Positions 1-11,672 of a stretch of 50,278 bases of DNA are shown here, piece after piece. Numbering within the stretch: the stretch's first letter is position 1; the number at the start of each line of letters is the position of its first letter. Source of the DNA: Chromera velia (lineage: Eukaryota); assembly GCA_018398765.1 (NCBI GenBank), contig JAHBMJ010000353.1, positions 1 through 50,278 on the forward strand. Direction: 5' to 3'. Below the pieces are notes generated by a model that was not told the DNA's origin, did no database searches, and worked only from the letters and a program-made list of their open reading frames with translations. Both the position numbers and the translations under genes were made by a program.

Positions 1-18
1 AGGTGTGGGTGTGGGAGT

Positions 19-52
<34 letters not shown>
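1..52. repeat. (GT)n microsatellite, probably intronic
   Basis: GT run followed by a pyrimidine tract and TAG acceptor-like site at 68-70. Confidence 0.9.
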
Positions 53-53
<1 letters not shown>

Positions 54-171
54 TATGCTCTCCCTTGTAGGCCCAAGCAGAACAGTGTTTACCTATGGCC
101 TTTCTCTCAAGACTGTGTTGGAGCAGTGAAAGATTCGGATCAATGCGTTTGATTTGATTATTCTGCTGCAG

Positions 172-1854
172 CTGTATGCCGACCTCCATGGCATTCCTTG
201 CTTTCTGCACGAGAAGAAACTTCTTCCGGGTAAGTGCATCGTCTTGCTTTCTTGCTTGCCTTCTGACAGCTTCTCTGAGCATTCTTCCTCAGATATTTTC
301 CGTCAGCCAAATTTTCCTTTGCTCTTCTCCCCCAGACGTCCCATGCGGAGGGTGTGTTTGAATCCGGAAGGTTCCCTCTGTGTTGTATCCGTCTCGCTAT
401 CTTCTTATTGCTCTCCTGCGCTTGTCTGTCACCTGTCCAGAATTTCTTCATCGTTTGTGTCCTTCTGGGTGCAGACCTCGACTTCCGCATCGTCTGTGAA
501 GCAAAATAAAGGCAAATTTGTCTGTTTGTTTTTCCTTCTGTCTCCCCGCAGATTTGGAGGCTCACTTCAGTAAGCTTCTGCTTGTGTCGAGAAGGCTCCA
601 GGGGCTCTCAGTTGATCCCGCAGTCATCCACAGAAGAGAGAGGGGGGGGGAAGAGGGGGAGAGGACGGAGCCTGCCGACTGGGTTGTGTGGATCGACTGT
701 GACGCTTTTGTGACGAACATGGCGATCTCCTTGAACGTCAGTCAGTCACTCAGTCTGTCTGTCTTGCCGGTCTGTCTGTCTGTGTATAGACAATGAATTT
801 GGGTGTATTTGTGTGGACACGTTTGTGAATGTTGGTTGTGTCGGTATCGATTTTGATCTTCACGTGAGGTAGCGGGTTTTCTCTCCGTCTCATTCGTTCG
901 TTTTTCTGGTGTCTGCTCTTTCGTAGTTTCTTCTTTCCTCTTTTGCCTTTGCGTGTCTAGCAGAAGAGCCCGAAGGAGAAAGGAAAAAAAACAATCGAAG
1001 TTCTTTGCTTGATCAAAGGTGCGAGTTTGAACGCCGCGGGACCACTCCAGCCCCCTCTTGATCATGTTACCGTGCATGCATTGCTGTTTTCTGGTTTTTC
1101 TTCTGCGTGTGGTTCGAAGAAATTTCCAGTGACCTAAGAAGAGAAGCAACGCGTGCTTCACTCTGTGTGCGACGGCATCTCATCTGAAAATTGTTTGCGT
1201 AAATGAATGACTTATGTTCTTTTCTGTCGGTGCACAGGGCTTAGTGGAATCTTTCGGAAGCTGGGGGGAGGGGGAGGGTGGTCCTGATTTTATAGTTGCG
1301 GAAGATGCAGCAGGAATGAACACAGGGGTGATGCTCTTCCGGCGGTCTGTCCATACTTCATCTCTTCTCTCTGTTGCGCACTTGATGTCGTTTCCCTTTT
1401 TTTCTGTTTGACTGACCATTCTTCCGTCTCTTCGTCCCCACGCACCATACATGTCTCTGTCTATCTGCCTGTCCGGTTGTCGGTGTGTGTGCCCCTCTTT
1501 TTCGGTGTCGTGTTAGAAAGAGACTTGTTTCTATTTTTGTATATTTCGTTCTTCCTTCCTTCCTTTCTTTCTTTCTTTCTTTCTTTCTTTCTGCCTGTCT
1601 GTCTGTCTGTCTGTCTGTCTGTCTTTCTTTCTTTCTTCCTTCCTTCCTTCGTTTCTTTCTTGTTTTTCCTTGCTTTTTTTTTTCTCTACTTCCTTCCTCC
1701 CTTTCTTCCTTTTGTTCTCTCTTTTCTGTTTTTGTGTTTCTTCTCTTTTGCAACTTCCACAGCGTCCGACTCAAACCGTTCGTCGACCGAAATGCCGGCT
1801 TACATGTTCTGAGAGGTGTGTGTGTGTGTGTGTGTGTATGTGTGTATGTGTGTA

Positions 1855-1896
<42 letters not shown>

Positions 1897-2525
1897 TGTG
1901 TGTGTGTATGCGTATGTGTGTGTGTGTGTGTGTGTGTATGTGTGTGTGTGTGTGTGCCTCCAACAAAACCCTCCTGTTTGTTGTCAGGTCTGACTGGACC
2001 CTCAGGTTCATCGATCGAGTGGCCAATTCTCCCTGGTCCATTGCCTGGGAACAGTCGATGCTCTTGTGGGAGACCGTCGCACCGTGTGCACTGGGGTACG
2101 GGGCAAGGGAAGGGGGGGAATCGGGACAGGGCGGGGGGGGAATCCGATTGCGAGATAGAGAAAGATTGAAGAGAGGGGAGTTCCCTTTTCCTGTTGTGAG
2201 ACAGGATCATCAGTTGGATTTGTCGGAGGAGGAGGCAACGTCTCTGGATGAGGCTGTGAGTAGAGACTGTACAGTGGAGAGAAAAATTCGCCTGGTGCAC
2301 CAGAAAGTCATGAATGCCTATTTGCCTGCTACGGCGGGGGACTGGTTAGGCTACGGTTGGGAGATGGGTGACTTCATTCTCCATTTTGCTGGGTGTCCGA
2401 GCTCAGCAAGGCCCTGTCTAGAACAAATGGTGGCAACTGTTCGCGCGTCTGCAGAGCAAGTGGGGATTCGGCTGGACGATGTTTTGAGGCCGGAACTCGC
2501 ACAGGCGGGGCTGCTTGCCTCCTAA
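172..2525 (+). CDS. Glycosyltransferase family 34 (GMA12/MNN10 galactosyl/mannosyltransferase-like), 5'-partial, spliced; exons 172-229, 552-736, 1238-1344, 1988-2525
   Basis: GT-AG introns join the exons in frame: LYADLHG..., WVVWIDCDAFVTN (DxD motif), DFIVAEDAAGMNTGVMLFRR|SDW, WEQS, VHQKVMNAY, WEMGDFILHFAGC, matching the GT34 motif order. Stop TAA at 2523-2525. Upstream exons not resolved. Confidence 0.85.
1545..1955. repeat. Intronic (CTTT)n/(CTGT)n tract and (GT)n microsatellite
   Basis: Visible simple repeats inside intron 1345-1987; they explain the spurious HTHT/CVCV ORFs. Confidence 0.95.
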
Positions 2526-2699
2526 GCAAATCTTATCCAAATCTTCTTAATCAATGTTGCTCTTCTACTAGCTCTTCTACATGTTGCTGCATGCATGTTG
2601 CACAATTCGAGAAATCTAGCAAGAAGTCTATAGTTGAGCTGGGGTGTATTTGGGGGGGAGGGGAGATCTCGAAAATCATTTTCTATACATTTACATCAT

Positions 2700-3720
2700 T
2701 GATTGATTCAATTTGATTGATTTATCCGAGGTGGCAGAGTTTGACAGAGAGCATCCAAAGTAATTCAGCTAGTGAATTTCATTGAATTAAATATAGTATA
2801 ATATACAAAAATTTTTTGATTGATGAAAAAAAAAAGTTTTATGGTGTTCAACAGTAATCATGCATGATTGAACAGTCACAATGCCGCCAAAGTTGTGGTC
2901 AAACGCTAGAAGCCTAGAAATAGGCTGAGGACGATGGCGTATGATGATAATGATTGCTTAATATTGATTAATTTCTAGATTGATTTATTGGTTGATTGAT
3001 TGATTGATTGATTTAATAGTTCTGGCTGTACAACGTACGTGACTTTCTACTATATAAATTTGTTGCTGGAGCTAATAGGGCGGCCGGGGGTCCCAGGCGG
3101 GGTCACGCTAAGGTGATACTGCATGAGGGTGTTCTGACCCCGGTGTTCCTTATAACGTATAACCTGCACTAGAATCTGCACTAAATTCTTGTGAACTTAA
3201 AGGTTCAAGCTCTTTAACTATCTTTTTGATTCAAACTTTAAATTTGGAATTTTGGATCTAGATTTAGATTTGTGCAGTGTGACTTCATATATAATTTAAT
3301 TGTCAAGTATTACATTAGCAAACGTAACCTAGGAACGTATAACTTGAACCATACTCATTCAAATTTGAGTTATCATGCAGTGGATTATAATTTATAAAAG
3401 TGAGTATACTTTACTGAAATGATGATTGGGAGTTTTGTTATGCATGCCGCATCCCCATATATATAAAGGCTAGCTAGGGGCGGATCTAGCCTAGTTTGTC
3501 AAAAGGTTCCACTTTTTATTTACTGAAAGCTTTTTCAATTATTATAAACCTTTTTAAAAAAAATTAAAAAAATTTAGAAAAAAACTTTCTATAATTCTTT
3601 TCTAGTAAGCTAGAGCCTCTACTAGGCCTTGTAGGCTAGCTTGAGCTAGTTCTTCTATAGAAATTCTTAATTAAGCTTCTAAAAGTCTTTTTCTAAACTT
3701 GATGCCTATAAAAGGCTTTC
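2700..3720. mobile_element. AT-rich island of decayed transposon-like sequence
   Basis: Sharp GC drop between convergent gene ends; repeated AACGTATAAC/CTGCACTA motifs; dense CTAG cluster at 3469-3660. No termini resolved. Confidence 0.45.
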
Positions 3721-3969
3721 ACACACTCACTTTTCAAAGAACAATGAACATACAGTCGAATTTCAGACATGATTCAGACAGTGGGCCTCATGAATAGATG
3801 CAAAATCTAGAAACTTCATACATAGAGGTCAGTGCAAGCAACTAGGCAAACAAGGGGTATAGAGAGTGAAATCACGACGAATGCACGAAATTACCAACGA
3901 GGCTTATGAGTCGCAACAAGGTACCAAAATCAAGGCTTTTCTTTGTAACCAACCAGTGGATGGTCTCGA

Positions 3970-6900
3970 TCACTGCTTCAGGCACTCCCCACAAGCGGCG
4001 TCGACCCATGCCTCAATGTCCTTCGCGCCTGCAATCCCTTTCGGTCTCTTGCGCGAATGGTATGCAAGCTGGGGAGGGATGTGAGACACTTTCCCGTCTC
4101 CTGGGAAGTAGTTGAAATGGTCGGCATCTAGGCATGACCACCATCGAGGAAAGTCCTTGTTGTCCTTGATCGAGATTCGCCCTCCCTTGCCCTTCGAACG
4201 GTCACTTTCCTCCTTTTCAAGGGGCGCGAGAGTCCAGGCACGGGGGTCTGGTCGTGCTTTGTATGGCTTTTTAAAGAGCCTGTCAGCCTTATCAAAGAGA
4301 GTCAAAACCTTCCGCTTTCCGTGTTTTTGCTTCTCCCTGGGCCCGTGAGTAAGTTCCTACAGATCCAAGACTTCCTCTCTGAGACTCAAGTCCTTTGAGC
4401 GCTCCGAAGGTCTTTTGGAGCCACCATGAACCGGAGTAGCAGTGAGGACAAGGATGATGATCTCTGCAATACCTTGGAGGAGACGGAAGTTGTCGCTCCG
4501 CTGGAATGGATCCATGCCACAGGAATCCATCACCAGCAAATGGGGCTTGGACCGGTGGCTGTAGATGTGCGGGAAGATCGTTCGGTCCTCCGTCCGATCC
4601 CCCGGTTCGGGAAGCTGATGCTCATCAGCATCGGGAAAGAGGGCCCTCAGAATGGAAGTCTTCCCGGCAGCAGTCAAGCCGAACAGCCCCACGACGCGCA
4701 GGCGGGAGAGGGCGTCACGCAGAGCCCGGAGCCTGAGTGCGTGATTTACCTTCCACATTAACGGGAACCGGTTGAAGACCGGATATTTCCTGAAAGCGAC
4801 ACCCATGAAACCCTCCCACTGATCATCCACTTCCAATACTTTGACCCGGCTTTCAGGAGAAAGTCTGAAAAAATCAGGAATCTGCCGCCTCTGCCCGCGG
4901 AAGTAGCGGCAAATGAAGCGCTCTGCATCCCCCGGATTCTCCCCCACCGACTCGCCCGTGGCCGTCGCGATTCGACGAGCGAGCCAGGTTTCGAGATCCT
5001 CCAGCGTGCCTAATCTGCGAACATTTCCGGCCGCCCACCGTTGGATTTCGTGCAATTGATCTTTATGAAAAAGATTCAGCAAGCTGGAGAGAAACGCCAG
5101 AGTCTCTCTCCAACATGCAGAAACACCAGTGGGAGGCTCCACCACGCCATCGAGGCCAAACGAGCTCGAGTGTTCCCAACCTTGTCTCCAGTCCCTCTCG
5201 AACGGCATCAGAGTGATTGCCATCATGGCAGATGTCGTACGGACAGCCTTCAGAACGCTACGTTCTGCCTGCTGCTGGTCATCTTGCACTTCATCTACCT
5301 CCCCATCGCGCCCTTCACCTTTTTCTCTCCCCTGCTCCGTCTCATTCCCACCCTCGATGCGTGTCATCAGGCTCTGCTGGCGACTCAAGTGCATACAAAA
5401 CCCGGCATCAAGATCACCCGCTACCCAACCGCTGAGATCTCGGTCTCGAAAAGAGTGCCCTGTTCGCTCTTTCCGTTCGAGAGCACAACATCTCTCCTGG
5501 TACACAGTGAGCTTGTGATGCAGAGTGTCAAGCACTGCTAGCCGGCGCATCATGTCCTCTTCTTGTCCCCGGACCTGTTCATCCGAGGTCAAGAGCTCTG
5601 AAACGATACTTGACACCGGTCCACCCCCAGCCGTGAACACAGATGCAGCCTCCAACGTTGCCTCCTCTAGAGTCGCGTCAGTTGTTGCTCCCTCCCTCGA
5701 TGGAGGAGTCAAGAGTGAAGGGTGAAGATGAGCTTCGAGTTGGGCTGCTCGACTCGCTCGTCGTCTGTGCTCTGTATCTAATTTCTCGGGCCGCATTTCG
5801 AATCTTTTTGTGAAGCTCCATGACGACTTGCTTGAAAAGCTTGAGAGCAAACCTACTCGAGATGGACCTGAGATCACATCCGTTCAGATGTCCTGTCAAG
5901 CTGTCAAACAGACAGCTCCCGTTTGCAAGCGGAAGGTACAGAACCTCTGCTGGCATCCCATCCCATAGAGCGGCCAGGTGTTGTTCCATTGGCCGCATGT
6001 GATGTTTGGAGTTCGGGTCACAAAGGAGCGCCAACACCGTTGCAGTCTCGATGATTTGCAATTGGCTGGCCATCTCAATTTCGTCCACGAAACTGGCAGA
6101 CCCCAAGGTTGCCAAGTCGAGCTCAGTGACCTCCACGTGATGAGGCCAAGCGATACGAGGCCAACTCCAAATGACGTCACACAGGAAGAAATCGCAGTCG
6201 ACCCGAACGATTCGAGGCCGATGGTGAAACATGTTCTGAGTCTCAAATTGGAGGGATGACGAAGAGGGAAACTGGAGCCCCCCCTGCGAAGGGTTTTGCT
6301 CTCGAGCATGGTATGAGACCGATCCTTCTTCGCACAGGCGGACCCTCGTGACCCACTGTACCCCCTTTCCCCGAACCGACACCCGGAGACGCCAGCTAGT
6401 TACCCAACCACCCTCCCCTTCTGGCTGCAACACATGCTTAAGAGCAGTGACAGTGACCTCAAAACCTCCTCGATCAAAGAAATCAATCGGATGCCTGTCG
6501 CGCAAAAAGTCGACACCAGCAGGCCGTGTTTGTCGGAGAAAGTGGTCGTAAATGACTCTGCGGTAGGAATTCAGAACGTGTCTCTGCAGCTCGGTCTGGT
6601 CGATCATCACGCTCTCCTGGTCAAATGGGCGGAACACCGTATCAAGGGCAGCCTGCTGATCAGGAGGGAGCTGATGGCGTCCGCACTCCACAGTCACACA
6701 GCCCCCTCCATCCTGGAGAAGGTGCCATATCCCCCCCGGACGATACTCTGGGAGCAACACACGAACAACTTGCTCGGCATAATGCTTGACCACATCAGAA
6801 GCTTCGCTATCTGCCAAAGAAATCCCGAAGACAGCCTTTAGTGGCCAGCCGAGGGCATTCGCGATCACCGACATGGAGCGAAGTGCAAATCTGATCGCGC

Positions 6901-7670
6901 ACTGATCATGCTGGCTGACGAACAATCCCAGTCTCGGCACAATGTCGTTGCGATTGACGAAATGGTGGAAGACGTGGGTGTACGGGATGTCGGAGAATAG
7001 GCGCTCAAAGAGGTGATCGGCAGCAAACTTCTTGTCGTAGACTAGGGGAGACGCAAACCCGACGAAGAGCACCTGACGAAGATATTCAGGTTTCCAGCCT
7101 GGGTCGTTCATGAGGCGCAGCAAGGCAACCTCCGCAACTGCTGATCCTTGAGAATGCCCCGTTAGAACCAGCCGCCCACCTCTGGAAAGATGGTCCATAA
7201 AAGGGACGCGTGGAATCATTCTTGCACGCTCCCAGAAGCCGGCATGAACGCAGCCCACAAACTGTGAAAACTCAAAGGAAGAGCGCACCTTCAAGTTGGT
7301 CCCCAACCAGTCGTTCCCATCCATCGACCCTGGACACGCAACAAGCATGGTCGGACCAGGGCAATCGTGTAGCATCGAAATGAGGACACGCGGAGCCCCT
7401 TGCATCTCAAGACCGAAGGTTATTTTCTCAAGCCGCGAGCTGGGGTAAGCTCTGTTCAACCAGTCGGTCGCATCCAGAGATGAGTTCTCCGCTTTCTCCC
7501 GAAGCAAGTCACACGCAGCAACGCAGTCGTGCAGGACGGTGTGCGGGGACAAGAGCTGCATGCACAGACACGCCATTGAACGCGCAGATGAGATGCTGTT
7601 CTTAAAGGGGAATTCAAGACTGAAAAGGAGAGGGCTACTTTTAATCCGGACGTACCTGCGTGCTCGCCAT
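3970..7670 (-). pseudogene. Lipase class 3 (alpha/beta hydrolase) fused to a C-terminal P-loop GTPase; disrupted in this assembly
   Basis: Exon 1 MASTQ (7670-7656), intron 7655-7556 (GTACGT...TGCAG). Lipase motifs VHAGFWERA, LTGHSQGS, FVNRNDIVPRL, RHVLNSY. Frame change near 5760-5800. GTPase G1 GLTAAGKTS, G3 MDSCG, then in-frame TAG at 4357-4359, and the same frame continues to VLTLFDKAD (G4-like) and TGA at 3970. Confidence 0.8.
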
Positions 7671-10600
7671 GTTGCTGAGTGTCGTGCTCAGAAAAAGGAA
7701 GCAGGATTTGTTGGGGAAAGGACAGTGGCAGCGAGGTCGAAGACCGGCGGCAAAACTCAAAAGGTGACGAAGACGGAGACGGAGACGCTGCGGCAACGGA
7801 GACGACAGTCTTTGACCATAGCCTTTTCACCAGGATCGATGTCGACTCTTTGGCCTCAGCAGGGACGACAGAAGCTGCCTGGTGCAACAATGACACAAAC
7901 AAAACTGCAATCTGCATAACAGAATGCTCTGTGCACGAGCCATTTCCCCAAATTGAACTGTCGAAGCAATTAATTTTGCAAGGGTCTGGAAGGCTCGGCT
8001 TGGCGATGCTTGGCGTGCGCCGTGCGCGCGCGGATCGCGTATGGCTCGGCGTGCATTTTTTTTTTAGCTCGGCGAGTCAAACGCCGAGTCTCAAAACGCC
8101 CCAGCCCGGGCCCATCTAACAAATTCTAACGAGGCAAATCTTTGCAATGGTTTGCAGTGGCACTACGTTTCCGTCGATTGGCGTCCATCAAGAATTCATT
8201 TAATAATCGTCATGACAGATCCTGGCACCATGGATTGAATCTCGATCTGAAACAGACAGTTAATATATATATTGATAGACCGACATACATAAACTGGTCT
8301 CAAAAGTGATGTCAGGCGATCAATGATGTCGGCAGGAATATACTCTGCTATGAAAGAGGAACAGTGTATATATATAACTCTTTCGTGCTCAATCGACTGG
8401 TCGCTGATTGTCAAAAGAGCAACCGCTGGCTTTCTGCCTCTTTGTCTCCGTTTCTGTTTCGTTAGAGATCGGAGAGCTTTTCATCAGGACAACAAGTACA
8501 GAGAACTCTGATGAGAAATCCTTTCGTGCATGACATTGTCGTTTGATCGGAAGCCGATTCGAGAAGATTATTTTTCTGTCGCATCTCTGTTTGATCGTTC
8601 TGATCATAATTTTTCTTCTCCGTGACACTTTGGACGTGCAAAGGGTCCTTAGAGCTGAATAGTCATTTCGCTGCTGACCGCTGAACCACGGCTTGGTCAA
8701 AGGGTCAGTGTGTACTTGTTTTGGAAGAGCGAAGTTGAGGCTGTCGCTCTGTCTGGGCACCATGAAGGAAGGAATCGCCTTTGTTGCTTTTTGCCCGGAG
8801 GTGCGAGAGACCAAACGAGTACTGGTGGTGGGAGAATGTCCGGAGCTAGGTGGGTGGGAGTTGAATGGTGCTTTGTCTCTGAGAGTTTCACCATGAGGGC
8901 GCCCTTGGTGGATTTCGAATGAGGTGACGGTAAATCTGTCGGAGTCCCGCGTGTGTCTCTCGGATGATTCCTTGAATGGTGTAGGGAGGGATCTGGGGGG
9001 GCAGTGGGTGGGTGTGTCAGAATTGAGGTTCAGACTGGTGACAGTTCCTGATAGCGCAGACGATGCCGAGGGGCCGAATCCAGACGCGTCCGTCTCGGTA
9101 GAGCCTTTGAAGGGTGCAGACTTCCGCATGGTACATCTCGTACGTGAGCGTCACGTGTTTGGCTGCTCTTCTGTCAGAGAGAGGGGGGAGGACGCCATCT
9201 GTGTGGGTGCAGAAGAGAGGGGGGGGCGGGGGATGAGAGATGTGATTGGGATTTCTGTCGAGTGGGGCATCCTTGAGGGTCTGCAGCTTGCCCTACTCCC
9301 TCGATACAGCAACAGCCAAACCGAACATCAACACACAGAAAATGGTCATGCCGAGATGCTGTGCCTCCAGTCAGAGGTTCCCTTTCTGGCTTCCTCAGGA
9401 AAGATGGTACAAGGGAATTCCCAAATGTTCGAAACAGTAGAAAGTAGACTCAGCCAGTGCGAGTCACGTGTTTCCCTTTGTCCTTCTGAACCAGCTGTCG
9501 GGTTCAAGGTGTCCAACAGTCAGATGCAAGGAAAGGGAGGCACCATTCATATGACTCAGTCAGAGAGAAAGAAGGTAGGAGGAGAAGGGGGTGTTGCATA
9601 TTCTCCCCCTTCCGATTCCGTCACTGCCCGCAACGCCCCCGCATACCCCGACTTCCAATTCAGCTTCCTTCCCCTAGACGGCCATCCCCTCAGTTCCACC
9701 CATCTCTTTCCTCACGAGTCTGGCACATACGAATGGGAAGAGGAAGCAGAGACGGAAGGCAGGAGAAGGGTGGAGAAGAGACATGGGGCTGACGAGATGG
9801 AGACCACTGTGGGTGTGTTCCACCCGACTGGCTTCAAGCGTCAGCGGTCGGAGGGAGTCCCCACAGAGTCAAACAGGCCCGTTGGGTGCGAAGGGGGGGG
9901 ATGGGTGTGGGGAAAGAAGCAACGTCTGGTGGCAGGGTCTCTCTTGAATTCCGCTCTTTTCCCTTTCGATTCCTGTGGGAAGGTGTGGCCTCAGATTGCT
10001 GGAGGGGGAGTGGCGGCAGGTGAGAACGCTCGTCGAGCAGGAAAGGGTGGAGAGGTCAAAGTGGCTGGACCTGTTCACATTTTCTGTGAGTACGGCCGGA
10101 CGGGTTTCGATTGCCAAGCGCGCGACGGGAAGGAGGTATGTGCACACGGTTGCCGGCGAAGGGATTGCAAGGAGTGTGGAGGGAAGGACATCTGTGAACA
10201 CGGTCGCCGGCGAAGGAATTGCAAGGAGTGTGGAGGGAAGGGCATTTGTGAACACGGTCGCCGGCGAAGGGATTGTAAGGAATGTGAAGAGACAGGCATC
10301 TGTGAACATGGTGGGCAACGCTCCACAGGCAAGGAGTGCAGAGTTGGAGGGAAGGACGTGTATGAGTACCAGTGGGAGCGCAACGCCTGCCTTCCCAACA
10401 GTGGTGGAGCCAAAGACACCTGTGAGAATCTCGTTGGTTTTCTTTGTCCTGCTGACTGCCTTGGAGAGCAGGTTGGACAAGGGGGTGATGACGTACACAT
10501 TGTTCCTCAAAAGACAGAGGAGGCTATGCTGTTGTCTGAGTCAAGGGTCTCTGATGGTGTGCAGGTCTCTCTGCTCCCTCGTCACATGGACAGCCAGACA

Positions 10601-11139
10601 AACCTTGATCCGCAGGGGCAGAATGAGAATCCCAGTCTGTCGTGCCCCCATTCAGAGATTCTTTCAGAAGAGACGGCGGCAAGGAATTGCAAAATGCTGT
10701 CAGGCATCTCCTTTTTTCCTTCTCAACCCGCTGACGGGTCCAGGATGCCTGACAGTCAGGCACAAGGGGCGGCAGGAAAGAAAGAAAGTGCAAGCACCCA
10801 CTTCAGGTCAGTCCGAGAAAAGAAAGGAGGGAAGCCAGGGGGGGAGGGAATGCGGTCCCCTGAACAGGTTGGGAATGTTTTGTTTTTTTCAGCAAGAATC
10901 GAACACGCTGCTTGATATATGTGTTTCCCCCCCCCCACAGTTATATTTTTTCTGCCTTGTAGCCCACAACTGTTTGTACTCAGCACTCAAGTTGGCACGC
11001 AAACGCAGACTTCTCCCGGTGTCACTGTGCAGGAACGAATCTGGCAGTCTTTGAAGAACAGTCTGGGAAGCCGATCTCGTCTGAGGTCTTCTCTGGCCCC
11101 TCCCAAGAAGAGATAACACAGGGATTTGTGGAGACCAAG

Positions 11140-11310
11140 AAAAGAAGCAGTGGGTGTGAAGGGGTTTACTTGGCTTCCGCTCCGTACCCTGCATGGGTGG
11201 CGCAGTGGTATACGAACGGAAAGCGGTGCAAGAAGTATTTCTCTGTGCGGAAATACGGAGATGCAGCTGCTCTCGAGGAGGCCATTGCCTGGAGGAAGAA
11301 GAATGAGCAG
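11140..11310 (+). other. AP2 (ApiAP2-type) DNA-binding domain within the gene above
   Basis: SSGCEGVYLASAPYPAWVAQWYTNGKRCKKYFSVRKYGDAAALEEAIAWRKKNEQ matches the GV...W.A.W..GK...K.FS..KYG...A...AI.WR pattern. Confidence 0.9.
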
Positions 11311-11672
11311 AATCCTGTTCCGACATGGAGATAGCAGCAGCAGTTGGATCGGGAGGCGAAGGAGCACCAGCAGCTGCTACAGAGATGGGCACTTAGCTCA
11401 ACAATTGCGCAGACCATGAGGGGGGGGTAGCAGCTAGTCAGGCTGAGAGGGCCTCTATCTCCTCATCTGGGGGGGTCTGGGGTCAGTTTGTCGACACGGA
11501 CCCTCGAGACCCATCAGCTTGGTACGCGGGGCATTGCCCACAGAACTCTGCAGATCGTCCTCCTGCTGAGCACGAAAAAGCCACAGCCGCGCTTCAAACA
11601 GCAGAAAGCTGTATTGTAGGAACGGCCTGGGAATTGAACGCGGGGTGGTGAGAGGCGACGGGGACCCACAGT

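Noticed and set aside
1358..2300. HTHT/CVCV repeat ORFs, and similar ones at 21592-22111
   Set aside because: Translations of (GT)n repeats; only 1988-2525 is a real exon.
7456..7917. ORF with signal-peptide-like start (MQIAVLFVSLL...) as first exon of the lipase
   Set aside because: At donor 7655 it is in phase 1, while the acceptor needs phase 0. ATG 7670 (MASTQ) fits the phase.
8894..8896. Selenocysteine TGA in the CBM20 domain
   Set aside because: Not a redox motif, no SECIS recognised, and the locus has other stops.
11470..11640. Possible second degenerate AP2 domain (GV...SAWYA)
   Set aside because: Needs a frameshift and lacks the FS..KYG helix motif.
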